From Candidatus Shapirobacteria bacterium (lineage in GTDB: Bacteria; Patescibacteriota; Microgenomatia; UBA12405): 64,000 nucleotides of DNA. The notes beneath the pieces were generated by a model. It worked only from the letters and a program-made list of their open reading frames with translations. It was not told the origin of the DNA and searched no databases. Shown here one piece after another: positions 42,499-52,113 of the stretch. The position numbers and the translations under genes are program-made. The stretch is from positions 133,541-197,540 of the forward strand of contig JAQWFB010000001.1 in assembly GCA_028704635.1 (NCBI GenBank), given 5' to 3'. The number at the start of each line of letters is the position of its first letter. Within the stretch, counting starts at the first letter, position 1.

Positions 42499-43212
42499 TT
42501 ATACCTTCTTATAATCGAATCCCGCAAAAACATTTATTACATCATCATTTTCTTCCAATTCTTCCACCATATCCATAATTTTTCCTACTTCCTCTTCTGA
42601 ATTAAGCATAGTTGGATTATTTGATTTTAAAACTAATTCTGATCTAATTACTTTTAAACCCATATCTTCTATTTTTTTTACTAAACCATTTAAATCATTT
42701 GCTTCAACCAAAATAATATTTTCATCAAAATCAATCGCTCGAGCATCAATCAAATCCAATTCTTTATCTTCTGGGATATTATTTTCCAACTCTATTTCCC
42801 CTACCCTTTTAAATTGAAACATCACTGAATTACTTTCCCCTAAATTTCCACCATAATTTCTAAAAACCAATTTAACTTCACCCAGAGTTCTATTTTTGTT
42901 ATCTGTTTCTAATTCAATTACTATTGGCACTCCAAAAGGACCATAACCTTCCATTGTCATCGCCACTAAATTTGCCTTTCTTGCTTCAAATTTAGCAATC
43001 AATCTATCAATATTTTCTTTTGGCATATTAACTTCCCTCGCCTTTTCAACCGCTATTTTTAAACCCAAATTACCTTCAATATTAGTAATTCCACCACCAA
43101 CTCGAATCGCTGTTAAAATATTTTTTGATATCTTAGTAAAGGCTTCACTCCTTTTTTTATCTTGAGCCCCCTTTCGGTTTTTAATATTTGACCATTTAGA
43201 ATGACCTGACAT
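42499..43212 (-). CDS. yebC: YebC/PmpR family protein
   Basis: MSGHSKWSNIK, EGYGPFG, TDNKNRT. Confidence 0.95.
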   Translation of the reverse strand: MSGHSKWSNIKNRKGAQDKKRSEAFTKISKNILTAIRVGGGITNIEGNLGLKIAVEKAREVNMPKENIDRLIAKFEARKANLVAMTMEGYGPFGVPIVIELETDNKNRTLGEVKLVFRNYGGNLGESNSVMFQFKRVGEIELENNIPEDKELDLIDARAIDFDENIILVEANDLNGLVKKIEDMGLKVIRSELVLKSNNPTMLNSEEEVGKIMDMVEELEENDDVINVFAGFDYKKV

Positions 43213-43215
43213 AAA

Positions 43216-44079
43216 TTAATTCTTTTTTAAATAACTAGAGTATTTTATCATTGAAGCTAAGTTATCGCCAAAATATAATTCCAATTCATTTTCATTCAAA
43301 GTTTGATCGTATTTTTTATCGCAATCAAAGATTTTATTAATCATTTTCCATCCATAATTTAAGTCAACTTTATCCCCATAAATAATTAAACATTTATCTA
43401 TTTTTCCTTCATTATTATCGGCTGAAACTACCGAAAATCCCGACCACTCCAATCTTTTTGTCATAAAACTAGCCAGACCACTTTCACTAGTATTATTAAA
43501 AATCGATAATCTTAAATCCTCATTATTTAACTTGCTTTCCGAAAAATCTCTAACCATAATTTCACTTAAAAATAATTCATTTTGATCTAAACCTCCATCT
43601 ATTTTTTCCTCTTTCAAAAGCATTTTATCGTAATTGATTTTATATTTTAACCAATCAAAAAATCCCAAATTATCAATCAGCACTGAATCTTTTTTCCAAT
43701 CATTAACCGAATCCAAAACCAAAATCTTATCTGTCAAAAATCCGAAATTATACCAAAAAATATCCTTTATTAAATCTGTTTTTTTCTCCTGTTCTAAAAT
43801 ATTCCCAACCTTTGTGTTGTTATACCAAGACATTCCATCTGGAATCCAAACATCAACCTCTGGCCCCAAATTCAATACATTAATCATTTTTCTCTCATTA
43901 GAAATCGATACTAAAGCAATTCCATTATGTGCAATTATTCCCAATTTATAGTCCAAATTTTCATTTTTATCTCTCTTTTTTAAAAAACCAACTAAAATTA
44001 AAATTGCCAAAAATAATAACAGCGCCAATCCTAAAGATAATTTTAAATTCAGTATTTTTTTTGTTTTAACATTCTTCAT
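43216..44079 (-). CDS. LytR C-terminal domain membrane protein
   Basis: N-terminal TM; IFNNTSESGLA...ADN...LYFG. Confidence 0.7.
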   Translation of the reverse strand: MKNVKTKKILNLKLSLGLALLLFLAILILVGFLKKRDKNENLDYKLGIIAHNGIALVSISNERKMINVLNLGPEVDVWIPDGMSWYNNTKVGNILEQEKKTDLIKDIFWYNFGFLTDKILVLDSVNDWKKDSVLIDNLGFFDWLKYKINYDKMLLKEEKIDGGLDQNELFLSEIMVRDFSESKLNNEDLRLSIFNNTSESGLASFMTKRLEWSGFSVVSADNNEGKIDKCLIIYGDKVDLNYGWKMINKIFDCDKKYDQTLNENELELYFGDNLASMIKYSSYLKKN

Positions 44080-44740
44080 ATTTCTTTAAAATTTCAACCA
44101 AATCTTCAGACAAATCTATTTCCACTTTCATTTCCTGATTATTAATTGGATGTTTAAAAACTATTTTATAGGCATGTAAAAATGGTCTTTTTAAACCATC
44201 GACTATTTCTCCTCCGTAAACCCTGTCGCCCACCAATGGCCATCTTAAATGACTCAAATGAACCCTAATTTGATGCGTTCTTCCAGTACTTAAATCAATA
44301 TCCAGTAAACTATAGATTTTTCCATTATTTTTATATTTTTTAATTAATTTAAATTTTGTTAATGCTCTTTTCCCTTCCTCATTAACTCCAAATTTAGCAA
44401 AAGCATATTTTGACCTGGCAATTGGCATATCTACTACCCCCTCAAAAGAGACATCTCCTCCTACTAAACAATAGTATTTTTTAGTTAAACTTCTTTCTTT
44501 AAATTGCTTTTTTAAACCCAAAAAAGCCTCTTCAGTTTTAGCTACCAAAATTAACCCTGAAGTTCCCTTATCTAACCGATGAATTATCCCATTTCTTGGT
44601 AAATCATTTGGCCTAATATCTCGTAAATAATCCTCGAGTGTTCCCTTTTCCTCTTTTTTTTCCTTAGTTGTCGTCATTAATGACGGTTTTTCCATCACCA
44701 TCATATCTTTATCTTCAAAAATTATTTTGACTTTTTCCAT
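44066..44740 (-). CDS. RluA/RluD pseudouridine synthase
   Basis: HRLDKGTSG, TGRTHQIRVH, LHAY. Confidence 0.95.
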   Translation of the reverse strand: MEKVKIIFEDKDMMVMEKPSLMTTTKEKKEEKGTLEDYLRDIRPNDLPRNGIIHRLDKGTSGLILVAKTEEAFLGLKKQFKERSLTKKYYCLVGGDVSFEGVVDMPIARSKYAFAKFGVNEEGKRALTKFKLIKKYKNNGKIYSLLDIDLSTGRTHQIRVHLSHLRWPLVGDRVYGGEIVDGLKRPFLHAYKIVFKHPINNQEMKVEIDLSEDLVEILKKYEEC

Positions 44741-45009
44741 AATAAATCAACTAAACAAAATAAAACTCCTATTCCAATTATCCAATCATTAACATTATTG
44801 TAAAGCCCTATTCCTAAAAAATTCCAATAATCTCTCACATAGCCAAACATTATTCTTTCAATTAAATTTAAAAAACCACCAATAAAAATTAACCAATACC
44901 ATTTACCCTTCTTAATACTCAAAATCAAAAAAACAAAAACAAAAACCACACTTAAGGCAATAAAAAAAGTTCCACCGATGCCAAAACTTATTCCATAATT
45001 TTTAACCAT
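44722..45009 (-). CDS. lspA: Minimal signal peptidase II
   Basis: NYGISFG, GG..NLIER..GYVRDY, NVNDW; next to rluD. Confidence 0.7.
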   Translation of the reverse strand: MVKNYGISFGIGGTFFIALSVVFVFVFLILSIKKGKWYWLIFIGGFLNLIERIMFGYVRDYWNFLGIGLYNNVNDWIIGIGVLFCLVDLLWKKSK

Positions 45010-45021
45010 AAACCCAAAAAA

Positions 45022-45411
45022 TTAGCTTTCGCTTTCTTTACTACACTTAATGCAAGTTGTTGCTTCTGCTCTTGCCGCCAATCTATCAGTGTCTATCATT
45101 TTTCCACATTTTTCACAAATTCCATATTTACCTATTTTAATTCTAGTTAATGCAGTTCTAAACTGGGCGATCTGTCTGCTCAAAAATTTAGATTTTATTT
45201 CATTATCAAAATGACCAATTTGTTCATCTACATCCTCTTCCAAAGAATTATCGATAGTTCTATTCTCATCTAAAAAAGGATCGTCTTTTTTTAATTGTTT
45301 CTTAGTTCTCTTAAGCTTAACTAATTCTTTTTCCAAAAATAATTTAATCGGCGACAACAACCGACTAGGAAAATTTAAAATTACATTATCATTTTCTTTT
45401 TTCATATACAT
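45022..45411 (-). CDS. TraR/DksA C4 zinc-finger protein
   Basis: GKYGICEKCG..I...RL......CIKC. Confidence 0.9.
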   Translation of the reverse strand: MYMKKENDNVILNFPSRLLSPIKLFLEKELVKLKRTKKQLKKDDPFLDENRTIDNSLEEDVDEQIGHFDNEIKSKFLSRQIAQFRTALTRIKIGKYGICEKCGKMIDTDRLAARAEATTCIKCSKESES

Positions 45412-46039
45412 CTCCTAAGATACACAATTCCACTAAAGAAATCAAACTAATAATCCAATATAGAACAGAATATATTATATTAACTTTAAAAAACATTCCT
45501 AAAAAACCTAGTATTAAAAAGGATAAAAAAGCAGTTGATAAAAAAGCAAAACCTTTTTTTCCACTCTTATACCAAACAAAAGACCTGTATTTCTTCTTGG
45601 CAAATTTCACAAAAAATATCATTACTATTAATAATAGTAAATATATACCAATTTTAATGTCAAATTTTGTTCTTAAAAATTCATCTGTCATTAAAAAAAT
45701 CAATAATACCAAATTATTAATTAATCCATCTTCGCAAAAAGGTATAATTTTCCAGTTATTCATTTTAGAAAAAACAACACCGGTCGCTATTAAAGTTAAA
45801 AATCCGCCGATATAATCCATCCCAGGTTTATTCCAAACCGAAAACCAACTCGTCCAATTATCGTTCCAAATACCAAAATTAACCAAACCATAAATAATTC
45901 TTCCACCAATAAAAAAACTTAACAAAGCTACCCAAGAATACGTTACAATTTTATCTTCCTCATAATTTTCTCTTAAATTTCTCCAAGTTAAATAGGCAAA
46001 AAGTATTATTCCCAAAACTCTTACAATTCCTAAACTCAT
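45389..46039 (-). CDS. Lgt-like membrane protein (divergent)
   Basis: IGGRIIY...[10 protein letters not shown]; in a cluster with lspA. Confidence 0.6.
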   Translation of the reverse strand: MSLGIVRVLGIILFAYLTWRNLRENYEEDKIVTYSWVALLSFFIGGRIIYGLVNFGIWNDNWTSWFSVWNKPGMDYIGGFLTLIATGVVFSKMNNWKIIPFCEDGLINNLVLLIFLMTDEFLRTKFDIKIGIYLLLLIVMIFFVKFAKKKYRSFVWYKSGKKGFAFLSTAFLSFLILGFLGMFFKVNIIYSVLYWIISLISLVELCILGDVYEKRK

Positions 46040-46066
46040 ACTCTATTTTACCATTACCATTCCTAG

Positions 46067-46149
46067 TACCGAAGGAGGGACTTGAACCCCCATGGCATTG
46101 CTGCCACACGATTTTGAGTCGTGCGTGTCTACCATTCCACCACTCCGGC
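46067..46149 (-). tRNA. tRNA-Leu(CAA)
   Basis: GCCGGAG acceptor, CACGA-CTCAAAA-TCGTG anticodon arm, long variable arm; CCA not encoded. Confidence 0.95.
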
Positions 46150-46176
46150 TTGAAAGTAAGTCAATTATAACCTAAT

Positions 46177-47487
46177 TTATTGTTTTTTCTCTACATCAAA
46201 GAAGCTTACCTGTTTACCATTAAAGTACAAATTAAAACTACCAGTCGGACCATTTCGATGTTTCTCTACATTACAAGTCACCATTTCTCTAATTTCTTCA
46301 TCTTCTCGATATAAAAAAAACACCACATCAGCATCTTGCTCAATACTTCCTGATTCTCTTAAATCAGACAATCTTGGACGTCCTCCTCTCGCTTCCATAG
46401 CTCTTGATAACTGAGCTAATGCTAAAACCGGAACTTTCAACTCCCTGGCTAAATTTTTTAACCCCTGAGAAATCTCTGAAACTTCCTGTACTCGATTATC
46501 TCTAGTATTTCCATGCATCAATTGTAAATAATCCACCACAATCAGTTTAATTCCTTTATCTACTTGGAGTCTTCTGGCCTTAGTTCTTAACTCTGTCACT
46601 GTTAATCCAGGCGTATCGTCAATATAAAGAGGTGCCTCAGCCAACACACCCATTGCTTCCGATAAAGAATCAAAATCATTGACTGACAATTGCCCTGTTT
46701 TTAATTTCCACGCATCAATTAATCCCTGCCTTACCAATAATCTGTCAACTAGTTCTTCTTTACTCATTTCCAAAGAAAACACACAGACTGGCAATTTCTT
46801 TTCTACTGCTACATACCGGGCAATATTTAAACCAAAAGCTGTTTTACCTACACCTGGTCTAGCTGCCAAAATCAATAAATTACTGTCCTGCATTCCCGCT
46901 AAAATATTATCTAGTCCATTAAAACCACTCGGAACCCCCCTTAATCCTGTCCCCATTTTTTGTAATTCATCCAATCGATCAAAACTCGCCGTTAATACCT
47001 CTCTTAATGAAGTCGGAATCGATTTTAAATGTTTTTGTGATAAAGAAAAAATTTCTTGCTCAGCAATGTCCAGCAATTGATCCGCTGGTAAACCAGGATC
47101 AAAAGCCTTTTCACTAATTCTTCCCGCTGCCGAAATTAATTCTCTTTTGGCCGACAATGATTTAATAATATGTCCGTAACTTTCCACATTTGCGGCCGTC
47201 GGCACCTCACTTGCCAATCTGGTTAAAAATCCCTTACCCCCAATTTTTTTTAAAATTTTAAACTCTTTTAATTTTTCCGCTACCGTCACAATATCAATCG
47301 GCATTCTTTCCTCATAAAGCTTCATCATTGCCTCATAAATTTTGCCATAATTTGAATTATAAAAATGTTCCGATCTCAAAAATTCCGACACCGCCAAAAC
47401 CGCATCATTGTCAATTAAAATTGATCCCAATACGCAAACTTCAGCCTCTTCCGAACTTGGCGGTAATCTGATTAGGTCTGTTGTCAT
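46177..47487 (-). CDS. dnaB: Replicative DNA helicase
   Basis: AARPGVGKT, FSLEMS, VDYLQL, DLRESGSIEQDAD. Confidence 0.97.
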   Translation of the reverse strand: MTTDLIRLPPSSEEAEVCVLGSILIDNDAVLAVSEFLRSEHFYNSNYGKIYEAMMKLYEERMPIDIVTVAEKLKEFKILKKIGGKGFLTRLASEVPTAANVESYGHIIKSLSAKRELISAAGRISEKAFDPGLPADQLLDIAEQEIFSLSQKHLKSIPTSLREVLTASFDRLDELQKMGTGLRGVPSGFNGLDNILAGMQDSNLLILAARPGVGKTAFGLNIARYVAVEKKLPVCVFSLEMSKEELVDRLLVRQGLIDAWKLKTGQLSVNDFDSLSEAMGVLAEAPLYIDDTPGLTVTELRTKARRLQVDKGIKLIVVDYLQLMHGNTRDNRVQEVSEISQGLKNLARELKVPVLALAQLSRAMEARGGRPRLSDLRESGSIEQDADVVFFLYREDEEIREMVTCNVEKHRNGPTGSFNLYFNGKQVSFFDVEKKQ

Positions 47488-47494
47488 AACCGTA

Positions 47495-48076
47495 TTATAC
47501 CTTTTTTAATACCTTCAACTCCAAACCGTCCGGTAAATCATTTTTATCAACTTTCAAAGATTCAGCTGGCTCTAAGCCCTCTTGATCAGCCTGATCTAAA
47601 AATTTATCCAAATTATTTTTATCCTCATCACTATAACCCATCGGAATTAAATAATTCACTCCCCACTTTTTAGCCCAATCCAAAACCAACTTTCCACCCA
47701 AACTATCCTTAATTAAAACTGGAGCCAACAACACATCAGCCGAATCAACTTTTTCAATTCTTTTATCACTCAACGCTTCATCCAAATCTCCTAAAAATAT
47801 TACTTTAATTCCATCAATATTAATAATAAAAAAAGTATTTTCTCCACCAGCAGGATAACCATTTATTTCCACCCCACCAACTTCATATTCTCCCGGAGCT
47901 CGAATCAAAATTTTATCACTATCAAAACCCATTCCATCATACTTCTCCGATGTAAATAAAAAAATTCTTGACGGATATTTAGAGTCGTCTCTTTTTTTTT
48001 CACTCGGATTAATTAAAACATTTTCTTTTTTGCCTTTTAAATAAACCGAATTGTTTTCTAAAACTTTTATTTCCAT
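47495..48076 (-). CDS. MBL-fold protein, degenerate metal site
   Basis: PGEYEVGGV, FLGDL, IPMGY; no HxHxDH. ATG 48076 chosen. Confidence 0.7.
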   Translation of the reverse strand: MEIKVLENNSVYLKGKKENVLINPSEKKRDDSKYPSRIFLFTSEKYDGMGFDSDKILIRAPGEYEVGGVEINGYPAGGENTFFIINIDGIKVIFLGDLDEALSDKRIEKVDSADVLLAPVLIKDSLGGKLVLDWAKKWGVNYLIPMGYSDEDKNNLDKFLDQADQEGLEPAESLKVDKNDLPDGLELKVLKKV

Positions 48077-48133
48077 ATGGTTCAATTCTATCACCAAAGC
48101 TAAACTTTTTGTGATATCATCTATATTACTCAG

Positions 48134-48583
48134 ATGATAAAAGAATATTTTATTGCCACTATTCTCGGCGCAATTTTAGGTTTAGGCATTACCGGAGCTT
48201 TTTTTGCCCTTCGCCAAAATAATGCAAAACAAAATACCACTGCGATTTCTCCTATTCCCACCGACGCACAAATGTCTACTCAAATTTCTATTACCCCATC
48301 CATTTCTGAAAAAAAATCCCCTATTGATATTATTTCTCCAGAAAACGATACTGTTCTTTTCACAGCCAAAACTAGCATCAAAGGTAATACTAAACCAAAC
48401 AGCCTAATAATAATTACTACTCCCTCTAAAACTTTCAGCGATAAAAGTAATTCCAATGGTGTTTTTAATATTAGTATTGAACTTGACAGTGGTGTCAATT
48501 TAATTAAAATTAGCAGCATCGATCCAGATGATAATCAAGACGAAACCGAGATAACCCTTACTTATTCAAGTACTAAAATCTAA
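48134..48583 (+). CDS. Membrane-anchored Ig-like domain protein
   Basis: N-terminal TM; IISPEN...GVF...L.SGVN.I. Confidence 0.65.
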   Translation: MIKEYFIATILGAILGLGITGAFFALRQNNAKQNTTAISPIPTDAQMSTQISITPSISEKKSPIDIISPENDTVLFTAKTSIKGNTKPNSLIIITTPSKTFSDKSNSNGVFNISIELDSGVNLIKISSIDPDDNQDETEITLTYSSTKI

Positions 48584-48585
48584 TT

Positions 48586-49308
48586 ATGTGTTTATTTCTA
48601 TCCTTTATTTTCTCTTTATTTTCCCCTAATCAAATATTTGCTAAAGAAGCCACTATCGCCGCATCAACTTCAGATAAAAATTTAACTGAAGAAGTTCGAC
48701 AAATGGTCTCTAAAAAAGTAAAAGAGATTCAACAAAACGACACTGGTAGTTCTTCTGTTTCCACTAACACTCCAAAAGCTATTGTCGGCACAATATCTAA
48801 AATTGAAAATAATCAAATCACTATTACTAACAAAAATAATTCCAAAATAATCACCACTACAGATAATACTGTTTTTATTGATGCTAAAAAAAATAAAATC
48901 AAAATTGACAACCTAAAATCCGGACAAGTAATTTTATCCATGGGCTATTACGACCAATACAACAGTTTTGAAGCCAAAAGAATTATTATTACTGCCTCAA
49001 ATGCCATTGAAAATAAAAATGAAATAGTTTTTGGGAAAATTGCCGACATTTCCCAAACTTCAAATGTTTTGGTTTTAATTCCCATAAAAAACAAAAATAT
49101 ACAATATCAAATCAAAACCGATTCAAAAACCAAAATCATTGATAAAAACGAAAATATTTTAACTATCAATAAATTAAAATCTGGACAAAAAGTCATCGCC
49201 ATAATTCAACCAGACACTAAAACTGCCAATACTTTCAACGTTTTTCAAATTATTACTCTTGACTCAAGCTCCGATTCAACTTCTCCCACTCCAACTCCGA
49301 AGAAATAA
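48586..49308 (+). CDS. Secreted protein with two OB-like (DUF5666-type) repeats
   Basis: Signal peptide; repeated G.I...LKSGQ.V. Confidence 0.6.
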   Translation: MCLFLSFIFSLFSPNQIFAKEATIAASTSDKNLTEEVRQMVSKKVKEIQQNDTGSSSVSTNTPKAIVGTISKIENNQITITNKNNSKIITTTDNTVFIDAKKNKIKIDNLKSGQVILSMGYYDQYNSFEAKRIIITASNAIENKNEIVFGKIADISQTSNVLVLIPIKNKNIQYQIKTDSKTKIIDKNENILTINKLKSGQKVIAIIQPDTKTANTFNVFQIITLDSSSDSTSPTPTPKK

Positions 49309-49361
49309 ATACTTTTTTTAAAAATCCCTAAAGCTTGGTATAATAACCAAGCAATCCTCAT

Positions 49362-49436
49362 GGTGGTATTAGCTCAATTGGTTAGAGCGCAGCTCTGTGA
49401 AAGCTGAGGTTGCCGGTTCAAGTCCGGTATACCACC
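49362..49436 (+). tRNA. tRNA-His(GTG)
   Basis: Encoded G-1:C73, CAGCT-CTGTGAA-AGCTG anticodon arm; TGgTATAAT promoter at 49336-49344. Confidence 0.95.
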
Positions 49437-49458
49437 CAAAAATATTTTAAAATAAATA

Positions 49459-50283
49459 ATGAAAGAAAATACTTCACCTGAAATCAATTCCGATTCTTTT
49501 AAAATTGAAACAATTAAATTTAACAATAATGAAGTTTCTGTTTGTCCCGAGCGCGGTGGTATTATTACCTCCCTTAAATTAAACAATAATGAAATTCTTT
49601 ATTTAGATGAATCAACCTTCAAAGATACTAGTGTCAGTGTCAAAGGTGGAATACCTATCCTTTTCCCTCAAGCCGGACCTATTACCATAGAATCTCAATT
49701 TTCAGATTTAAAACAACACGGTTTTGCTAGAAATTCAAATGAATGGATTTTTACAAAAACTGAAAACGGCTTCATCGAAACATTAAAATCTAATCCAGAA
49801 ACTCTGAAAAAATACCCTTACAAATTTGAATTTTCTATTATTGGAAAATTCGAAGAAGACAATTCTTTTACCTTAACCCAAAAAGTAAAAAATGAGGGCG
49901 ATAAAGAAATGCCAATTTCCATTGGTATTCATCCATATTTTAAAGTTCCATCCAATGAAAAAGAAAATATTGATTTTAATTTTCCTGGTGGTGAAATAAT
50001 TAAAAATGAAACCGAAAAATGGTCTAATGATGGCACCACTTCTATTAATAACCCAAAAATAGCCGACCAATCGGCCAATTTAGAAGTTAACATTCCATCT
50101 TTGGGTACACTCATTATTGTTCCCTGTGTTGAATATCAAAAAATCTGGGTTTGGTCGATGTCCGATAAAAATTTTATTTGTATCGAACCAGTTATGCGAG
50201 ATGTAAATGGTCTCATCGAAAATCCAGAAAAAATCCAACCTCAAAATACCTTTTCCGCCAGTGTCAATTTCAAACTAAAATAA
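49459..50283 (+). CDS. Aldose 1-epimerase family protein
   Basis: GGIPILFP, HGFAR, HPYF, FICIEP. Confidence 0.9.
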   Translation: MKENTSPEINSDSFKIETIKFNNNEVSVCPERGGIITSLKLNNNEILYLDESTFKDTSVSVKGGIPILFPQAGPITIESQFSDLKQHGFARNSNEWIFTKTENGFIETLKSNPETLKKYPYKFEFSIIGKFEEDNSFTLTQKVKNEGDKEMPISIGIHPYFKVPSNEKENIDFNFPGGEIIKNETEKWSNDGTTSINNPKIADQSANLEVNIPSLGTLIIVPCVEYQKIWVWSMSDKNFICIEPVMRDVNGLIENPEKIQPQNTFSASVNFKLK

Positions 50284-50295
50284 TTATTTTATTAT

Positions 50296-50323
50296 TTGAC
50301 TTATTCAAAATTAACAGTAAAAT
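50296..50323 (+). promoter_or_regulatory. sigma70 promoter for the hisS leader
   Basis: TTGACT-16-TAAAAT, 8 nt before ATG 50332. Confidence 0.65.
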
Positions 50324-50331
50324 ACACTCAA

Positions 50332-50431
50332 ATGACAAATTTTTGTTTAACCAAAAACCATCGACATACTAACTTTTAAGTTGGTGGTTTTAAACGTGTC
50401 AAAATTTAATCCCGCCAACGGCGGGTTTTTT
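50332..50431 (+). promoter_or_regulatory. Putative His-responsive leader-peptide attenuator (MTNFCLTKNHRHTNF*, 50332-50379)
   Basis: Mutually exclusive 1:2, 2:3 and 3:4 pairings; terminator CCCGCC-AAC-GGCGGG-T6. Confidence 0.65.
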
Positions 50432-50440
50432 AATCAAAAA

Positions 50441-50480
50441 ACTTGACAAACTTTATAACTTTATAAACTTGATAAACTAA
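50441..50480 (+). repeat. 40-bp repeat, copy 1 (upstream of hisS)
   Basis: ACTTGACAAACTTTATAACTTTATAAACTTGATAAACTAA; 39/40 identical to 52070-52109. Confidence 0.9.
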
Positions 50481-50484
50481 TACT

Positions 50485-51735
50485 ATGAATCAATCAAAAA
50501 TTAAACCACAAACATTAAAAGGATTTCGTGATTTCCTTCCCAAGGAAATGGCAATCCGTAATTATGTCAAAAATACTTTAATTGAAATTTTTGAAAATTA
50601 TGGTTTTTTACCTCTCGAAACTCCAGCCCTAGAATATGCCTCTGTCTTAAAAGGTAAATACAGTAATGAGACTGATGATAAATTAGGCTATTTTTTTAAA
50701 GACAATGGGGATCGTGATATTGGTCTTCGTTACGATTTAACTGTTCCCACTGCCAAAGTTTTAGCCATCTACAACAATGAAATTCAGCTCCCATTTAAAC
50801 GATATCAAATCCAACCAGTCTGGCGCGCCGAAAATACTCAACGAGGTCGTTACCGAGAATTTGTTCAGTGTGATATAGATATTTTTGGGACCACCTCTGC
50901 CATCGCCGATGCTGAAATTATTTCCATTATCTATATCGGCACCCAAAAATTAAATTTCAAAAACGCCATTATTAAAATCAACAGCCGACCAATTCTTTTC
51001 GACATTTTAACTAAAAGTAACGTCAAAAACAACCAAAGTTCAGTACTTCAATCTATCGATAAGTTAGACAAAATTGGTCAAGATGGAGTAAAAAAAGAAC
51101 TCATTACTAAAGGCCTATCTAATACTCAGATTGATGACATTTTCAAATACATCAAACTGGCTCAGCCAGACGACAATTTAAAACAAATTTTTAACAATTT
51201 AAAAGCCTTAAACATCCCCGACAATGCTTATATTTTTGACCCCACTCTTGTCCGCGGTTGTGATTATTACACTGGTACTATTTTTGAAATCTGTGTCACT
51301 GAGCCAAAAATGGGTGCCATTGGTGGCGGTGGTCGTTATGATAATTTAATTTCCACACTTGGTGGACCTCAAATTCCCGCCGTCGGTTTTGCTTTTGGTT
51401 TTGAAAGAGTAGTTGACGTTATTCAAGAACTAAATCTCCTCCCCCAAATTAACGAATCAAAAATTAAAATTTTAGTCGCTAATTTTGGACCAGAAACTGA
51501 AACTAATATTTTAAATTTAATTTCTAAACTTCGCAACCAAAATATTCCTTCTATTATTTATCCCGAAGCTGAAAAACTCGGTAAACAAATAAAATATGCC
51601 GATAATATGGGTATTACTTATGTCGCCATCATTGGCACCGACGAAGCTAAAAACAATCAAATCATGCTCAAAAATTTAAAAACCACCGAGCAAAAATTGG
51701 TCAATTTTGATGAATTAATCAAAATGCTGAAATAA
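50485..51735 (+). CDS. hisS: Histidyl-tRNA synthetase
   Basis: KGFRD, LRYDLT, GRYREF.QCD, RG.DYYTG, GGGRYD. Confidence 0.97.
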   Translation: MNQSKIKPQTLKGFRDFLPKEMAIRNYVKNTLIEIFENYGFLPLETPALEYASVLKGKYSNETDDKLGYFFKDNGDRDIGLRYDLTVPTAKVLAIYNNEIQLPFKRYQIQPVWRAENTQRGRYREFVQCDIDIFGTTSAIADAEIISIIYIGTQKLNFKNAIIKINSRPILFDILTKSNVKNNQSSVLQSIDKLDKIGQDGVKKELITKGLSNTQIDDIFKYIKLAQPDDNLKQIFNNLKALNIPDNAYIFDPTLVRGCDYYTGTIFEICVTEPKMGAIGGGGRYDNLISTLGGPQIPAVGFAFGFERVVDVIQELNLLPQINESKIKILVANFGPETETNILNLISKLRNQNIPSIIYPEAEKLGKQIKYADNMGITYVAIIGTDEAKNNQIMLKNLKTTEQKLVNFDELIKMLK

Positions 51736-51762
51736 GTTTGTGCCTCTGCTATAATAAGCCTT

Positions 51763-52020
51763 ATGAAACAAGGAATTCATCCTAAATATTTTGACGATTG
51801 CCAAGTCAACTGTGCTTGTGGCAACAAATTTACTACTGGTTCAACTTTAGAAAAAATTGACGTTGAAGTTTGTTCAAAATGTCATCCTTTCTTTACTGGT
51901 CAACAAAAATTCGTTGATATTAAAGGAAGAATTGATAAATTCAACGAAAAAGTTAGCCAAGGTAAAAAATATGCTGCTGCTAAAGCTGCTGTTAAAAAAG
52001 AAGTCAAAAAATCAAACTAG
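51763..52020 (+). CDS. rpmE: 50S ribosomal protein L31 (Zn-binding type)
   Basis: [23 protein letters not shown]. Confidence 0.97.
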   Translation: MKQGIHPKYFDDCQVNCACGNKFTTGSTLEKIDVEVCSKCHPFFTGQQKFVDIKGRIDKFNEKVSQGKKYAAAKAAVKKEVKKSN

Positions 52021-52030
52021 TTACCTCAAG

Positions 52031-52065
52031 GCCGTCAGAATTTCTTGTAAATCTGCCGGCTTTTT
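52031..52065 (+). terminator. Terminator after rpmE
   Basis: GCCGTCAGA...TCTGCCGGC-TTTTT. Confidence 0.65.
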
Positions 52066-52069
52066 GTTT

Positions 52070-52109
52070 ACTTGATAAACTTTATAACTTTATAAACTTG
52101 ATAAACTAA
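52070..52109 (+). repeat. 40-bp repeat, copy 2 (upstream of prfA)
   Basis: ACTTGATAAACTTTATAACTTTATAAACTTGATAAACTAA. Confidence 0.9.
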
Positions 52110-52113
52110 CTTT

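Noticed and set aside
50340-50431. T-box riboswitch upstream of hisS
   Set aside because: The leader is too short for Stem I and lacks a full GGTGGNACC T-box. The uORF attenuator fits better.
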